Origin: Escherichia phage AugustSocin
Sequence record: MZ501052
Strand: one strand, 5' to 3'
Length of the DNA stretch: 64,000 nt
Made by a program: the position numbers and the translations under genes
Notes under the pieces: model-generated
Database searches by the model: none
Seen by the model: the letters and a program-made list of their open reading frames with translations, nothing else
Told to the model about the DNA's origin: nothing
In this document: positions 11,935 through 23,293 of the stretch, piece by piece
How positions within the stretch are numbered: the stretch's first letter is position 1
Layout of the letters: every line of letters starts with the position of its first letter

Positions 11935-13113
11935 TTAAAAGTATTTTTTAAAACTCATCATAACTTTATCATCAACATCATTATCAATCTGTGCAACAAG
12001 ATAAGATGACAGTTCTACTTCTTGCGGCGCGGATTGAACATTATCAGAATTAAGGTATTCACGAATCCAAGGATATGGATGTTTAACCGGAGCATCGGTA
12101 ATCGGGCATGGAAGACCACACTGTTTCATACGAGATACAGTTAAGTAATCAATAAAGCTCCACATGCTATTTGTATTTAATCCAGGAACATCGCCATCTT
12201 TAAATAAATGAACTGCCCAATCTTTTTCTTGGCGGTTAACTTCCATGAAAATATCAACTGCTTCTTGTTCACACTCTTTGGCAATTTTAACCCATTCATC
12301 GCCATCAGTACCAGATTGAAGTTGACGAATAATATATTGTGTACCTTTAAGATGAAGCTGCTCATCACGTGCAATAAATTTCATAATCTTCGCATTACCT
12401 TCCATGATTTCCATGTTCTTATGGAAGTTGAAAGTACATGCAAAGGATACATAAAAACGAATAGCTTCCAGAGCATTGATAACGTGCAGACAGAGATAAA
12501 GCGACTTCATCAGGTCTCGTTTACATTCTTCCAAATGAGTGAGACTGTTTGAATATGCTTCTAAATCATATTCATTTTCAGCAAAATAACTAAAGTTTTC
12601 TTTGGCGTTTTCCCAAATACGTGTCTTGTCCAGAACATCATCATAATAACGACCAATAGATTCAGCACGTTTCATGATAGCTTTATCTAATACAATCTCA
12701 TCAAATACCCTTGACGGATCAGTATAAAGATTTCGCATAATATGAGTGTATGAACGACTGTGAATAGTTTCACTAAAAGTCCATGTAGCAACCCATGTAT
12801 CAAGGCTTGGGTCTGAAATCAATGACATAAGTACAGCAGACGGTGCACGACCCTGAATGCTATCCAGAAGTGATTGATACTTCAGATTATTAGTAAAAAT
12901 ATTCTGCTGATATTGAGGAAGCTTATTAAACTGTGCAGCATCCATCATTAAGTTTACTTCTTCAGGACGCCAGAAAAATGACAACTGCTTTTCGGTTAAA
13001 TCTTCAAAAACTTTATGACGTTGAATATCATAACGCGCAATACCAAGACCTGAACCAAAAAACATAGGTTCTTTTAAAACATCAACTGGATTTGTATTAA
13101 AAACTGTGCTCAT
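11935..13113 (-). CDS. nrdB: ribonucleotide reductase small subunit, uninterrupted
   Basis: 392-aa contiguous ORF with class Ia R2 features; no intron insertion. Confidence 0.95.
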   Translation of the reverse strand: MSTVFNTNPVDVLKEPMFFGSGLGIARYDIQRHKVFEDLTEKQLSFFWRPEEVNLMMDAAQFNKLPQYQQNIFTNNLKYQSLLDSIQGRAPSAVLMSLISDPSLDTWVATWTFSETIHSRSYTHIMRNLYTDPSRVFDEIVLDKAIMKRAESIGRYYDDVLDKTRIWENAKENFSYFAENEYDLEAYSNSLTHLEECKRDLMKSLYLCLHVINALEAIRFYVSFACTFNFHKNMEIMEGNAKIMKFIARDEQLHLKGTQYIIRQLQSGTDGDEWVKIAKECEQEAVDIFMEVNRQEKDWAVHLFKDGDVPGLNTNSMWSFIDYLTVSRMKQCGLPCPITDAPVKHPYPWIREYLNSDNVQSAPQEVELSSYLVAQIDNDVDDKVMMSFKKYF

Positions 13114-13164
13114 AAATTTTCCGCTTAGTTAATAGTTGGTGACTCGTCCGTGAGTCAAATTATA

Positions 13165-15429
13165 TCATAATTTACAGGATGAACAATCTTCAGCTTTTGG
13201 AGTTTCTATTTCATAATCATCAGTACCAGAACCGTCACGGGTATTATGATAATAGAAATTTTTTCCGCCAAAATACCAGAAATACAAAAGGTCATCAATC
13301 ATTATTGACATTGGAACCTTGCCTTTAGGGAAGATTTGGGGGTCATAGTATGTATTCGCCGAAGCTGATTGACAAACCCATTTCAGCATAATAGCTACCT
13401 GCGTAAGATAAGGTTTATTACCTTTCTTAGCTAATTTCCATGTATAATCATAAAGGTCTATGTTATGCTCAATATTGGGCACGACTTGATTAAAGGAGCC
13501 CTCTTTTGATTCTTTAACAGAGACTGGTCCACGTGGAGGCTCGATACCGTTTGTACTGTTAGAAACTTGGGAAGATGACTCACATGGCATAAGTGCTGAT
13601 AATGTGCTATTACGGATGCCAAAGAGCTTAAGGTCTTCCCGCAGCGACGACCAGTCACAAACGTATTTTGGAGCTGCGATTTGGTCAATCTTTTTATTGT
13701 ACCAGTCGATAGGTAATTCGCCTCGAGACCAACGAGTGTCTGAATAATATTCACAAGGTCCTTTTTCTTTGGCGAGTTTAATGGATGCTTTAATGAGTCC
13801 ATACTGTAATCTCTCAAATAGTTCATGTGTTAAATCGTTAGCATCTTCATAAGAAGCAAAGTTACTTGCCAACCAAGCTGCATAGTTAGTAACACCTACA
13901 CCGAGGTTACGACGCTTTTTAGCTTTTTCTGCTTCAGGAACTGGATATCCTTGGTAATCCAAAAGATTATCAAGAGCACGAACCTGGACTTCTGCCAATT
14001 CATTAATTTTATCTTGGTCTTGCCAGTCAAAATTATCCAGTACGAATGCAGAGAGAGTACACAATCCAATTTCAGCATCAGGACTATTCACATCATTTGT
14101 TGGAATAGCAATTTCACAGCACAAGTTACTCTGACGAATAGGTGCCTTTTCACGAATAAACGGAGTATAGTTATTCGTATTATCAATGAACTGTACATAA
14201 ATCCTTGCTGTTCCTGAGCGTTCAGTCATGAGCAATTCAAATAGTTCACGAGCTTTAATACGCTTTTTACGAATATTAGGGTCTTTTTCTGCGGCTTCAT
14301 ACAATTCACGGAAACGGTCTTGGTCTTTAAAATAAGAATAATAAAGCTCTCCGCCCATTTCATGGGGACTGAACAAAGTAATGTAATCGTTCTTTCCAAA
14401 ACGTTCCATCATCAAATCATTCAGTTGAACACCATAATCCATATGACGAATGCGGTTTTCTTCTACGCCTTTGTTATTTTTCAAAACAAGAAGATTTTCA
14501 ACTTCCAAATGCCAAATAGGATAATAAGCAGTAGCAGCGCCGCCACGAATTCCACCCTGTGAGCATGATTTAACAGCAGTCTGAAAATGTTTCCAAAAAG
14601 GAATAACACCAGTATGGCGTACTTCACCCATGCCAATCTTAGAACCTTCAGCACGAATCATACCAACGTTAATACCAATTCCAGCGCGTTTAGAGATATA
14701 TTCAACAATTGAAGCGGAAGCCTTATTGATAGACTTTAATGAATCACCTGCCTCAATAACAACGCATGAACTAAACTGCCGGGTTGGAGTACGGCAACCA
14801 GCCATAATAGGAGTTGGCAATGAAATCTGTCGAGTAGATACTGCTTCATAAAAACGGATAACGTGTTTTAATCTATCAACAGGTTCATCTTGATGCAATG
14901 CCATTCCAATAGTCATAAATGCAAACTGTGGAGTTTCATAAATTTGACCAGTGGTTTTATCTTTAACTAGATATTTTTCTTTTAATTGCATCGCCCCGGA
15001 ATAAGTAAATTCCATATCCCGCTCGTGCTTAATTTTTGATTCTAAAAATGTAATTTCTTCTGCAGAATATTTTGACAACAATTCAGGGTCGTATTTACCT
15101 TCATTTACACAGTAAGAAATATGGTCAATAAATGAACGTGGTTCATACTGCCCATAAACATGCTTACGAAGAGCAAACATTAAACAGCGTGCAGCTACAT
15201 ATTGATAATCAGGTTCTTCAACCGAAATAGAATTCGCAGCGGCCTTAATGACAATAGTCTGAATATCATCAGTTGTCATTCCATCACGGAGATAAGATTT
15301 AATATTTTCATATAATTCATAAGGATCTACTGATGTTCCTTCAGCTGCCCAAGATAAAACTTTAATAATTTTTTGTGGGTCAAAGCTCTGAGAAACACCA
15401 CTACTTTTGATAACATTAATTAATTGCAT
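13165..15429 (-). CDS. nrdA: ribonucleotide reductase large subunit
   Basis: 754-aa ORF, same length as T4 NrdA, adjacent to nrdB. Confidence 0.97.
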   Translation of the reverse strand: MQLINVIKSSGVSQSFDPQKIIKVLSWAAEGTSVDPYELYENIKSYLRDGMTTDDIQTIVIKAAANSISVEEPDYQYVAARCLMFALRKHVYGQYEPRSFIDHISYCVNEGKYDPELLSKYSAEEITFLESKIKHERDMEFTYSGAMQLKEKYLVKDKTTGQIYETPQFAFMTIGMALHQDEPVDRLKHVIRFYEAVSTRQISLPTPIMAGCRTPTRQFSSCVVIEAGDSLKSINKASASIVEYISKRAGIGINVGMIRAEGSKIGMGEVRHTGVIPFWKHFQTAVKSCSQGGIRGGAATAYYPIWHLEVENLLVLKNNKGVEENRIRHMDYGVQLNDLMMERFGKNDYITLFSPHEMGGELYYSYFKDQDRFRELYEAAEKDPNIRKKRIKARELFELLMTERSGTARIYVQFIDNTNNYTPFIREKAPIRQSNLCCEIAIPTNDVNSPDAEIGLCTLSAFVLDNFDWQDQDKINELAEVQVRALDNLLDYQGYPVPEAEKAKKRRNLGVGVTNYAAWLASNFASYEDANDLTHELFERLQYGLIKASIKLAKEKGPCEYYSDTRWSRGELPIDWYNKKIDQIAAPKYVCDWSSLREDLKLFGIRNSTLSALMPCESSSQVSNSTNGIEPPRGPVSVKESKEGSFNQVVPNIEHNIDLYDYTWKLAKKGNKPYLTQVAIMLKWVCQSASANTYYDPQIFPKGKVPMSIMIDDLLYFWYFGGKNFYYHNTRDGSGTDDYEIETPKAEDCSSCKL

Positions 15430-15746
15430 AAGTCCTCAACTTGAAAATCGTCTTTAAACAATCGGTTAACTATATGAGCTATTATATCACCATGACACGG
15501 CTTTGGTTTACATGTGCATCCTAGCCTCATTCCACGTAAAGGCTCTAAATGTGCTTTAGTTATTTCTCCGGATTTAATTCGACGTATAAAATCTTTTTTG
15601 AATAATTCAATGGCAGCCTCCCGGCTGCCAGCATCTTTACCGACGTAATTTCCCCAAAATGTACCACGGTGAATATTAACATCAAAGTCGGATTTATATT
15701 TATTCACTACCCGGCATAGACGGCCCGCGCGGTTGTAAGTGTTCAT
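15420..15746 (-). CDS. hypothetical protein (nrdA.1 position)
   Basis: 108-aa ORF with CxC...CH cluster near C-terminus. Confidence 0.6.
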   Translation of the reverse strand: MNTYNRAGRLCRVVNKYKSDFDVNIHRGTFWGNYVGKDAGSREAAIELFKKDFIRRIKSGEITKAHLEPLRGMRLGCTCKPKPCHGDIIAHIVNRLFKDDFQVEDLCN

Positions 15747-15975
15747 ATTGTTCTTCCGTTAAAACAGTAATATCGTAGTAACAGTCAGAAGAAGTTTTAA
15801 CTGTGGAAATTTTATTATCAAAATACTCACGAGTCATTTTATGAGTATAATATTTTTTGCCATAAATGATAATAGGCTGATTTGGTCCTGGAACTTCTAA
15901 CTCACTTGGATTAGGAAGTGTAAAAAGAACTACACCAGAAGTATCTTTAAATCGTAAAATCATATATCCTCGCAA
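15700..15975 (-). CDS. hypothetical protein (nrdA.2 position)
   Basis: 91-aa ORF; 3' end overlaps next ORF by ~47 nt in another frame. Confidence 0.5.
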   Translation of the reverse strand: MRGYMILRFKDTSGVVLFTLPNPSELEVPGPNQPIIIYGKKYYTHKMTREYFDNKISTVKTSSDCYYDITVLTEEQYEHLQPRGPSMPGSE

Positions 15976-15983
15976 TAATAAAA

Positions 15984-16844
15984 TTACACCGCCATCTTTC
16001 CTTTAATAGGAGGATGTGATTCATAGTTGTTAAGAACAAAATTATGAGGCTTTGCAAATTGACTCAACCAAAATACCTGCGATTCTGTGTCCCATTCATC
16101 AAATTCATCTGGAAATTTTAATTGTAATTCGCATAAATCCATAGGTTCACGACATAAAATTTCTTTACATTGTTCTACGTGATTCATATAGATATGAGTA
16201 TTACCACCAGAAAATATCAAATCTCCCGGAATAAGATTACACATCTTAGCTACAATATGAACTAACGTAGCATATGATGCAATATTAAATGGAAGACCGA
16301 GGAAAACATCTACCGAACGTTGATACCACTGAAGGTCAAGGTATCCATTACGCACATTAAACTGATAGAACATATGACAAGGCGGTAATGCCATATATTT
16401 AAGTTCAGCTGGATTCCACGCAGAAACAATTTGACGCCTATCATTTGGCAGTTTTTTAATACGATCAACAACTTCTATAATTTGGTCTACACCGCCAAAA
16501 TCACGCCACTGTTTTCCATAAATTGGACCAAGTTCACCGCTATGGTATCCTAAATCTTTTGCTTGATTTTCGTAATTTTCATCCCAGACTGTTTTGCCTT
16601 GAATTAATGAATCATGTTGAATTAATCGTAAATCATTGACATTTGTGCTTCCTGATAAAAACCAAAGCAGCTCAGCAATGCAAGCTTTCCAGGCGAGCTT
16701 CTTAGTTGTTACCGCAGGAAAACCTTTAGTTAAATCCCAGCGCAATTTAGTACCGAACAAAGCAATTGTTCCTGTGCCTGTTCGGTCATCGGTTTCATAG
16801 CCATTTTCAAAAATGTCTTTAATTAAATCTTGGTATTGTTTCAT
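15984..16844 (-). CDS. td: thymidylate synthase, uninterrupted
   Basis: 286-aa contiguous ORF with active-site motif [11 protein letters not shown]; no group I intron. Confidence 0.97.
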   Translation of the reverse strand: MKQYQDLIKDIFENGYETDDRTGTGTIALFGTKLRWDLTKGFPAVTTKKLAWKACIAELLWFLSGSTNVNDLRLIQHDSLIQGKTVWDENYENQAKDLGYHSGELGPIYGKQWRDFGGVDQIIEVVDRIKKLPNDRRQIVSAWNPAELKYMALPPCHMFYQFNVRNGYLDLQWYQRSVDVFLGLPFNIASYATLVHIVAKMCNLIPGDLIFSGGNTHIYMNHVEQCKEILCREPMDLCELQLKFPDEFDEWDTESQVFWLSQFAKPHNFVLNNYESHPPIKGKMAV

Positions 16845-16889
16845 TTAGTACCTTATATAAATTATAATACATTTTATGAAGCTAAATAA

Positions 16890-17249
16890 TCAATACGGTT
16901 TAGCATCAAATTTTCTCTCAATTTCAGGTGTGAAATATAATTCTTTGCCACGTTTGGAAAAGCGACCAATAATATGATAATTATTCTCATCAAACGTGAT
17001 ATTACCAATATCCATAGCTTTCAACCAAATATCGATATTTCTATCCAGCTTTATGTCAAAATTCCAATACGGAGAACTATTACCGAAAATACTGCAAGCG
17101 GATTCAGTGAAACAACTACTATAAATCTTGTCTTTAGGAACTACTAATTGATAGACGCCTTTAATAAACTGAGGACCTTGCCATTTTGGCTGTTTCGCGT
17201 CTTTTTCTAATAGAATAGGGTAATAATTAAAATTCATATTTTCCGCCAC
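16890..17249 (-). CDS. hypothetical protein inserted between frd and td
   Basis: 119-aa ORF with start 9 nt after frd stop. Confidence 0.6.
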   Translation of the reverse strand: MAENMNFNYYPILLEKDAKQPKWQGPQFIKGVYQLVVPKDKIYSSCFTESACSIFGNSSPYWNFDIKLDRNIDIWLKAMDIGNITFDENNYHIIGRFSKRGKELYFTPEIERKFDAKPY

Positions 17250-17257
17250 GCGTTATT

Positions 17258-18084
<827 letters not shown>

Positions 18085-18095
18085 ATTATCTCCTA

Positions 18096-18428
18096 TTAAA
18101 AAGGATCAGGAACATATCCGCTAGCTTTAATCATTTTAATTAACGTTAACATTCCTTTGTTAACTGCTCGTGAGATTTCATCAAAAACTTCATCACTAAA
18201 AAGTTCTAACACGCCCTTCTGAACTTTTAATTTACAGCCAACAATTTCTTCATCGCCTATAGTAAATTCATTACCACCAATTCCACCGAAAAACTTAATT
18301 ACACCAGTTAACTGTCTTCCACGAGAATATGGGTCGTGTGATAAAGTAATATGAGTCACCCCGGGTACAGTTTTAAATTGGCAGCGAATATTTACTTGTG
18401 AAATTCCAGTTACATGAATGTCAGACAT
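18096..18428 (-). CDS. hypothetical protein (frd.2 position)
   Basis: 110-aa ORF. Confidence 0.55.
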   Translation of the reverse strand: MSDIHVTGISQVNIRCQFKTVPGVTHITLSHDPYSRGRQLTGVIKFFGGIGGNEFTIGDEEIVGCKLKVQKGVLELFSDEVFDEISRAVNKGMLTLIKMIKASGYVPDPF

Positions 18429-18438
18429 AATATTTTCC

Positions 18439-18681
18439 TCAAATAGACTTTTTCACAATTTTCCAATCAGCTTTAAACTGATCGACGTCAGAATGATAAA
18501 TCCAGAATCCTGCGCTTTCTCCATCTTCATAAAGAGGACATCCATCGCATTCATCTTCCCATCCCATATCACGTAAAAGATGTTCAGCTTTTTCAACAAG
18601 TTCAGAATCTTTACCGATGATATTAAAATACCATTTACCTTTAACTTCTGAATCTTTGATGCTCTGGCGTTGTAATCTCAT
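18439..18681 (-). CDS. hypothetical protein (frd.3 position)
   Basis: 80-aa ORF downstream of early promoter-like element. Confidence 0.55.
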   Translation of the reverse strand: MRLQRQSIKDSEVKGKWYFNIIGKDSELVEKAEHLLRDMGWEDECDGCPLYEDGESAGFWIYHSDVDQFKADWKIVKKSI

Positions 18682-18699
18682 TTTATTCTCCTTAGTTGA

Positions 18700-18737
18700 T
18701 AGGGTAATAGTATCACACTACTACCCTTCTGTAAACT
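18700..18737 (-). promoter_or_regulatory. early promoter-like element
   Basis: Minus-sense GTTTAC overlapping the upstream ORF stop; -10-like GATACTATTAC. Confidence 0.4.
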
Positions 18738-19116
18738 ACTTTTTGAAAGTTTTTCGCAAAAGTTCAATGATTTCATCTACATTGTTTTCGTCAACAATGC
18801 AGTGAATTTTTGTTACGCCAGAAACCTTGTCTTTGACTTCATCTTCTTCAGAAGTCGGTTCTTTATACTCACGAAAACAATGAAATTCATCTTCGCAAAT
18901 TTCTAAAAGTCTATCTTTGAGGTAAAAATGCTTTCCATTTGCGCATTCAATGTGTTTTACTGCTTTATATCCATTAGCGACGGAAACTTCTTTAACTTCA
19001 AACCATCCGCCATTATCTCGAATAGCTTTAACGATTGATGAATTAGAACGTGGGCTATAATTAATAAATGTATCAATAAGTCTTGGAACAAGTTCATACT
19101 TTTTACCGGTATACAT
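18736..19116 (-). CDS. hypothetical protein
   Basis: 126-aa ORF. Confidence 0.55.
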   Translation of the reverse strand: MYTGKKYELVPRLIDTFINYSPRSNSSIVKAIRDNGGWFEVKEVSVANGYKAVKHIECANGKHFYLKDRLLEICEDEFHCFREYKEPTSEEDEVKDKVSGVTKIHCIVDENNVDEIIELLRKTFKK

Positions 19117-19159
19117 TACGTTTCCTCATTTTGATAGGGGCTTGATAGCCCCTTGATAA

Positions 19160-19390
19160 TTATTGTTCAATCAATCCCATGTAAAATTCTGCGTCTTCAG
19201 AATCCATGCCATCACAATATTCATTAGCCATAAAGCGGGTAAGGTCTTCAAGAGGACCTTCAATGACAATAGAAAAATTGCAATAATTGGGATCATCATG
19301 AATACTTGTGATACTAAGTTCAGGATAACGATTACGAATAATCTCTTCAATATATTCAAAATCAACGATGTCAATATCAACTTTAGCCAT
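19160..19390 (-). CDS. hypothetical protein (track ORF 19160..19516 trimmed to internal Met [11 protein letters not shown])
   Basis: GAGG RBS precedes the internal ATG; upstream part of track ORF covers a promoter and a terminator hairpin. Confidence 0.5.
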   Translation of the reverse strand: MAKVDIDIVDFEYIEEIIRNRYPELSITSIHDDPNYCNFSIVIEGPLEDLTRFMANEYCDGMDSEDAEFYMGLIEQ

Positions 19391-19424
19391 ATCATTTTCC
19401 TCTTTAATCATCAGCAGTATTGCC

Positions 19425-19463
19425 GATAGTTGTATAGTACCATAAAGCTTTATGCTTGTAAAC
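19425..19463 (-). promoter_or_regulatory. early promoter (PeSL-like)
   Basis: Minus-sense GTTTAC, palindromic spacer CATAAAGCTTTATG, GTACTATAC -10; shares flanks with copies at 36.7 and 40.3 kb. Confidence 0.5.
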
Positions 19464-19487
19464 TGTTTTGTGAAAAAATTTTTGAAA

Positions 19488-19514
19488 TAAAAAAAGGGGA
19501 CCTCTAGGGTCCCC
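19488..19514 (-). terminator. intrinsic terminator downstream of gene 32
   Basis: Minus-sense GGGGACC-cuaga-GGUCCCC followed by UUUUUUU. Confidence 0.7.
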
Positions 19515-19536
19515 AATTAATTAGTAATATAATCTA

Positions 19537-20445
19537 TTAAAGGTCATTCAAAAGGTCATCCAGGTCCGTGTCATCAGCACTAGATGAACTGCCAGAGCTT
19601 GAGCTCATAAAATCATCTTCAGTTTTTGTATTGAAGTCATCAACATTGAATGCATCCAAATCATCAGCAACTTTATCAGCTTTCTTAGCAGCAGTTGCTG
19701 CGGCACCGCCCATTACAGCAGTTCCCATAACTTGACCGAATTTAGTATTCAGTTCTTCAAACGATTTGAATTTATCTTTAGAAGTCATTTCAGAAAGGTC
19801 AACCATTTGTTCGAACAGTTCTTTCTGGAAAGATTCATCGTCAATGTTTGGAATCGCAGATTGATTCAGGAATTTAGATTCGTCGTAGTTACTAAAACCA
19901 GAAACTTGTTTAACTTTCAGTACAAAGTTAGCACCTTCCCACGGACAAGTTACATCAACCGGGGTTTCACCCATTTCAACATCAACCGCAATCATCGCGT
20001 TGATTTTATCCCAGATTTTCTTACCGAAGCGGTATTTAAATACTTTACCTTCATTTTCTGGAGCAGCTGGGTCTTTTACTACAAGAATGTTAGCCCAGTA
20101 AGAAGTTTTACGTTTAACAAGACCATACTCTTTATTGTCAGTGTTATACAAATCATTTTTACTGATGTACTGACATACTGGACAAGAATCGTAATCACCG
20201 TAGGTAGATGAGCATGTTTCGATATACCATTTACCATTTTTCTTGAAACCGTGATTTACAAGAAGTGCGAATGGTGCTTGTTCATCATTTTTAGACGGAA
20301 GAAAACGAATTACTGCTTGACCGTTACCCGCATTATCGAGTTTCAGTTTCCACTCGCCTTTATCTTCAGAAGAAAAACCACCTTTATTTCCAGCCAGTTT
20401 AGCCATTTGTGCAGCGAGTTCAGCAGTAGATTTACGTTTAAACAT
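19537..20445 (-). CDS. 32: single-stranded DNA-binding protein gp32
   Basis: 302-aa [53 protein letters not shown]..., acidic Ser/Asp-rich C-terminus. Confidence 0.97.
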   Translation of the reverse strand: MFKRKSTAELAAQMAKLAGNKGGFSSEDKGEWKLKLDNAGNGQAVIRFLPSKNDEQAPFALLVNHGFKKNGKWYIETCSSTYGDYDSCPVCQYISKNDLYNTDNKEYGLVKRKTSYWANILVVKDPAAPENEGKVFKYRFGKKIWDKINAMIAVDVEMGETPVDVTCPWEGANFVLKVKQVSGFSNYDESKFLNQSAIPNIDDESFQKELFEQMVDLSEMTSKDKFKSFEELNTKFGQVMGTAVMGGAAATAAKKADKVADDLDAFNVDDFNTKTEDDFMSSSSGSSSSADDTDLDDLLNDL

Positions 20446-20495
20446 TTTTATTTCCTTTTTAATTTAATTAACAGTTGGTGCTATGACACTTTACC
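20446..20495 (-). promoter_or_regulatory. gene 32 5' leader with AU-rich translational operator-like sequence
   Basis: mRNA sense ...UUAAAUUAAAAAGGAAAUAAAAAUG immediately upstream of gene 32 start, resembling the T4 gp32 autoregulatory site. Confidence 0.55.
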
Positions 20496-21130
20496 TCATA
20501 GCTGGCATAATTCACAATACTCTGGGTCTTCGAGAGGTATCCAACCTGAGTTGAAATACTTTACCATCGATTTAGCAGTTGTATCAGTTATATTTATATT
20601 ACCTTTAACTCTTCGCCATCCAGGAGTTTTACCGTACAGATTAGAGGATAATAATAACACATAATTCTCGTAAGCAATATGAGATAATTTCCAAGACTCT
20701 ATATTAGCTCGTGATGTTTTCCAAGGTCTAAAATCGTCACGGTTCATATAATTAGCCAATCTCATATGCTCTCTAACTTCCGGGTCTTTGGCTGGATGAG
20801 TTTCACCACTCACACCAAATCCGCCGCCAGCATATACCAGATTAAAATAGTCTGGATTATCTCTGGCATTTACTTCAAGTTGGTATTTTCGCTCTGCTTC
20901 AATAACATCCAAATCATCATCAATTTGAATTATTTTAACGCTCGGTTTTTGAAGCATTACCGCATTTAAAAATCTTTTTTGTTTGCACGAACTCCAGTAT
21001 TCCTTTCCGGAAGAGTCATATATTATTCCATTCTCAAATGAGCAATTTAATTTACTGCCGATATAGTATAGTACGGCGGAGTCTTATTTTTGACACGGTC
21101 TTCAAATGTAAACCAATATACTATATTCAT
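20496..21130 (-). pseudogene. possible frameshifted gene at the segG position (GIY-YIG-like remnant?) between genes 32 and 59
   Basis: 27-codon ORF (MNIVYWFTFEDRVKNKTPPYY...) coupled to gene 59 stop; the 153-aa track ORF frame is open a further 43 codons upstream with no start codon and contains LYYIGSKLN. Confidence 0.45.
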
Positions 21131-21131
21131 A

Positions 21132-21785
21132 TTAATACTTGCAAGATTTCACAGTTTCAATGAAAACACTTTTAGCTTTCTGTGAATCAATATTTAAAAT
21201 TTTTCTATAAGCCTTTAACTTTATAGAATAATTATTCCAGACTAAATTATCAGTCTGTTCATCATGTTTATCAATTAAATTTAAAAACGAATCAAGCAAG
21301 ATAAACGTCTCAAACGAAATTATGTTCGATTGCAGAAGTTTAAAAATATAACTTGATTGAACTTTTGGATTATATTCAAAAATTTCTTTAAAAGCAGAAA
21401 CTTCAACTTTTTTACTAAAATAATAAATATTGCGAATATCTTCTTCAAACTTAAATTTAATTTGCTTTAAGCGTCCGATATATTCACGATAAAACACAAG
21501 TGCATCAGCGTCAGAGATGTCACCAATCCAAGCATCTTGGTTAGCAACCAAATTACTTATAAAGATTAAAGCAAGTTCCTTTAATTTATATTTTTCTGAT
21601 AACTTCTGAAAAAAATACTTATCCCTTCGCTTTTGATAAGCGGCATCAGACACCCGCATGCACCAATTATACTTAATAACATCATACTTTCCATTCATAT
21701 GCTGTTTTATCATTAAGTATAATTTATAAACTGATTTACCATCAATGTATCTTTCACCACCAGCAGGCATGCGGAGTTTAATCAT
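21132..21785 (-). CDS. 59: helicase loader gp59
   Basis: 217-aa ORF MIKLRMPAGGERYIDGKSVYKLYLMIKQHMNGKYDVIKYNW..., T4 gp59 length and position. Confidence 0.93.
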   Translation of the reverse strand: MIKLRMPAGGERYIDGKSVYKLYLMIKQHMNGKYDVIKYNWCMRVSDAAYQKRRDKYFFQKLSEKYKLKELALIFISNLVANQDAWIGDISDADALVFYREYIGRLKQIKFKFEEDIRNIYYFSKKVEVSAFKEIFEYNPKVQSSYIFKLLQSNIISFETFILLDSFLNLIDKHDEQTDNLVWNNYSIKLKAYRKILNIDSQKAKSVFIETVKSCKY

Positions 21786-22120
21786 AGTAGAAAATCTAAT
21801 GTATTAGTTTTTTCACAACGAACAACAGAAGGACGTAAAAGATTTTCGTCAATGGCTTCTGACTGAATTTTTTCAATTATACCTGAAGGAATAAATTTAG
21901 CAAATTGAGTTTCAGGAATAGAGTTTTCTTCCAAGAATGCTGTCGTAGCTTCAAGATAACTCATTCCAAACTCTTCTACCATTTTTTCAATAATAAATCC
22001 ATTTTCTTGACGATCAAGAAGCTTTGCTATTTCATCCTTTTCTTTCTTAATTGAAAGTTCTTTTTCTGAAAGACCGGTCTCATCGACCGGACGAATATCA
22101 TTTAGAGAAAACTGTGTCAT
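21782..22120 (-). CDS. 33: late transcription co-activator gp33
   Basis: ~112 aa from MTQFSLNDIRPVD...; position between 59 and dsbA. Confidence 0.8.
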   Translation of the reverse strand: MTQFSLNDIRPVDETGLSEKELSIKKEKDEIAKLLDRQENGFIIEKMVEEFGMSYLEATTAFLEENSIPETQFAKFIPSGIIEKIQSEAIDENLLRPSVVRCEKTNTLDFLL

Positions 22121-22367
22121 AAAGTTCAACTACCTCTTCAGTTTCAGCTTCAAACACATCACGATTATCTTTATGATACAAAGCTAACAGACGATTAAAC
22201 ATCTTACCATCAACGCCAAGTTCATCTTTAGCACGAATTCGAATATCTTTAATCAATTCATTATAACCGGAAATTTTCAGTTTATGATCAGATGCTTCTT
22301 TAATAAATTTAGCCAAGTCTTCGCCATGGATAGCTTCATCAAATTCAACCATTTCTTTTTTAGCCAT
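22098..22367 (-). CDS. dsbA: dsDNA-binding protein DsbA
   Basis: 89-aa basic ORF between rnh and gene 33, T4 DsbA size. Confidence 0.75.
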   Translation of the reverse strand: MAKKEMVEFDEAIHGEDLAKFIKEASDHKLKISGYNELIKDIRIRAKDELGVDGKMFNRLLALYHKDNRDVFEAETEEVVELYDTVFSK

Positions 22368-22375
22368 TATTCACC

Positions 22376-23293
22376 TCAAAATTCATTAATGCTATTAGTT
22401 AATTTAGAAAGACCCGCTTTTACAAAATATGAATAAATTTTGCCACGCGGTGGTAATTTATATGAATTATAGTAATTCACAATGTTTGAAGCAATATTAT
22501 CAGGAATATAATCAAAATCAATTAGAACTAAATTTTCTTTATAACGATTATATTCAGATTCTGTGAGAAGCACCTTAGCTTGCTCACGGTCATTAGCAAT
22601 AGCTTCAACGATTGAAGTTTTCATTGAAGGAGTTCGTTCACCTTCAACTTTGGTAAACCAAAAGTCAGATCGTACTTTAACTGAAGCAACGTTATCCTTT
22701 TTATCGCCTTTAAGGATTTTAGTCATACAGTCAATTTCAGCAGAACCGCTTTTAATTTTAACCCATTTCTTATGCATCGGTGACCATTGCTTAACATTTG
22801 GGTATTTGTGAAGCTGTGTAAAGTCACCATCCGACGAAATGATTAAAATTTTATGTCCTTCTAAAGAGAACTTTTTAACAAGAACAGCAATGTGGTCATC
22901 TGCTTCATACTTATCGATATCCATAACAATGTATGGCATATAAGCTTTCAATTCATCTATAACTTTATGACTGGATTCAAAATAACCTTCCCAGTCCCAA
23001 GTAGATTCTTCTCGTGCTTTTCCACGGTTTTTCTTATAATAATACGCGAAATCACGACGCCAATATCCAGATTTCGCATTATCAATACACAGTACAATTT
23101 TAGTGTATCCAAGAGTTTTTGCTTTTTTGACATTAAACTTAATTGAGTTCAATATCAAATGACGAACCATTGATAAATTAATTTTTTCTTTATCTGGAAA
23201 GTTTACCAAAGCAGTTGAAAGCGCAATTTGACTAAAGTCAATAAAGCAAATTCCTTCTTTGTAATCTTCATCCAGCATCATTTCTAAATCCAT
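22376..23293 (-). CDS. rnh: RNase H (5'-3' exonuclease, FEN family)
   Basis: 305 aa from MDLEMMLDEDYKEG...; GAGG RBS before this ATG; track ORF starts 5 codons upstream. Confidence 0.9.
   Translation of the reverse strand: MDLEMMLDEDYKEGICFIDFSQIALSTALVNFPDKEKINLSMVRHLILNSIKFNVKKAKTLGYTKIVLCIDNAKSGYWRRDFAYYYKKNRGKAREESTWDWEGYFESSHKVIDELKAYMPYIVMDIDKYEADDHIAVLVKKFSLEGHKILIISSDGDFTQLHKYPNVKQWSPMHKKWVKIKSGSAEIDCMTKILKGDKKDNVASVKVRSDFWFTKVEGERTPSMKTSIVEAIANDREQAKVLLTESEYNRYKENLVLIDFDYIPDNIASNIVNYYNSYKLPPRGKIYSYFVKAGLSKLTNSINEF

Noticed and set aside
13458-14078. Minus-strand ORFs of 122 and 60 aa inside nrdA
   Set aside because: Alternative frames within a well-supported 754-codon nrdA ORF.
19732-20664. 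Plus-strand ORFs of 159 and 137 aa
   Set aside because: Antisense to gene 32 and the downstream ORF; low-complexity, Phe-rich translations typical of reverse-frame artefacts.
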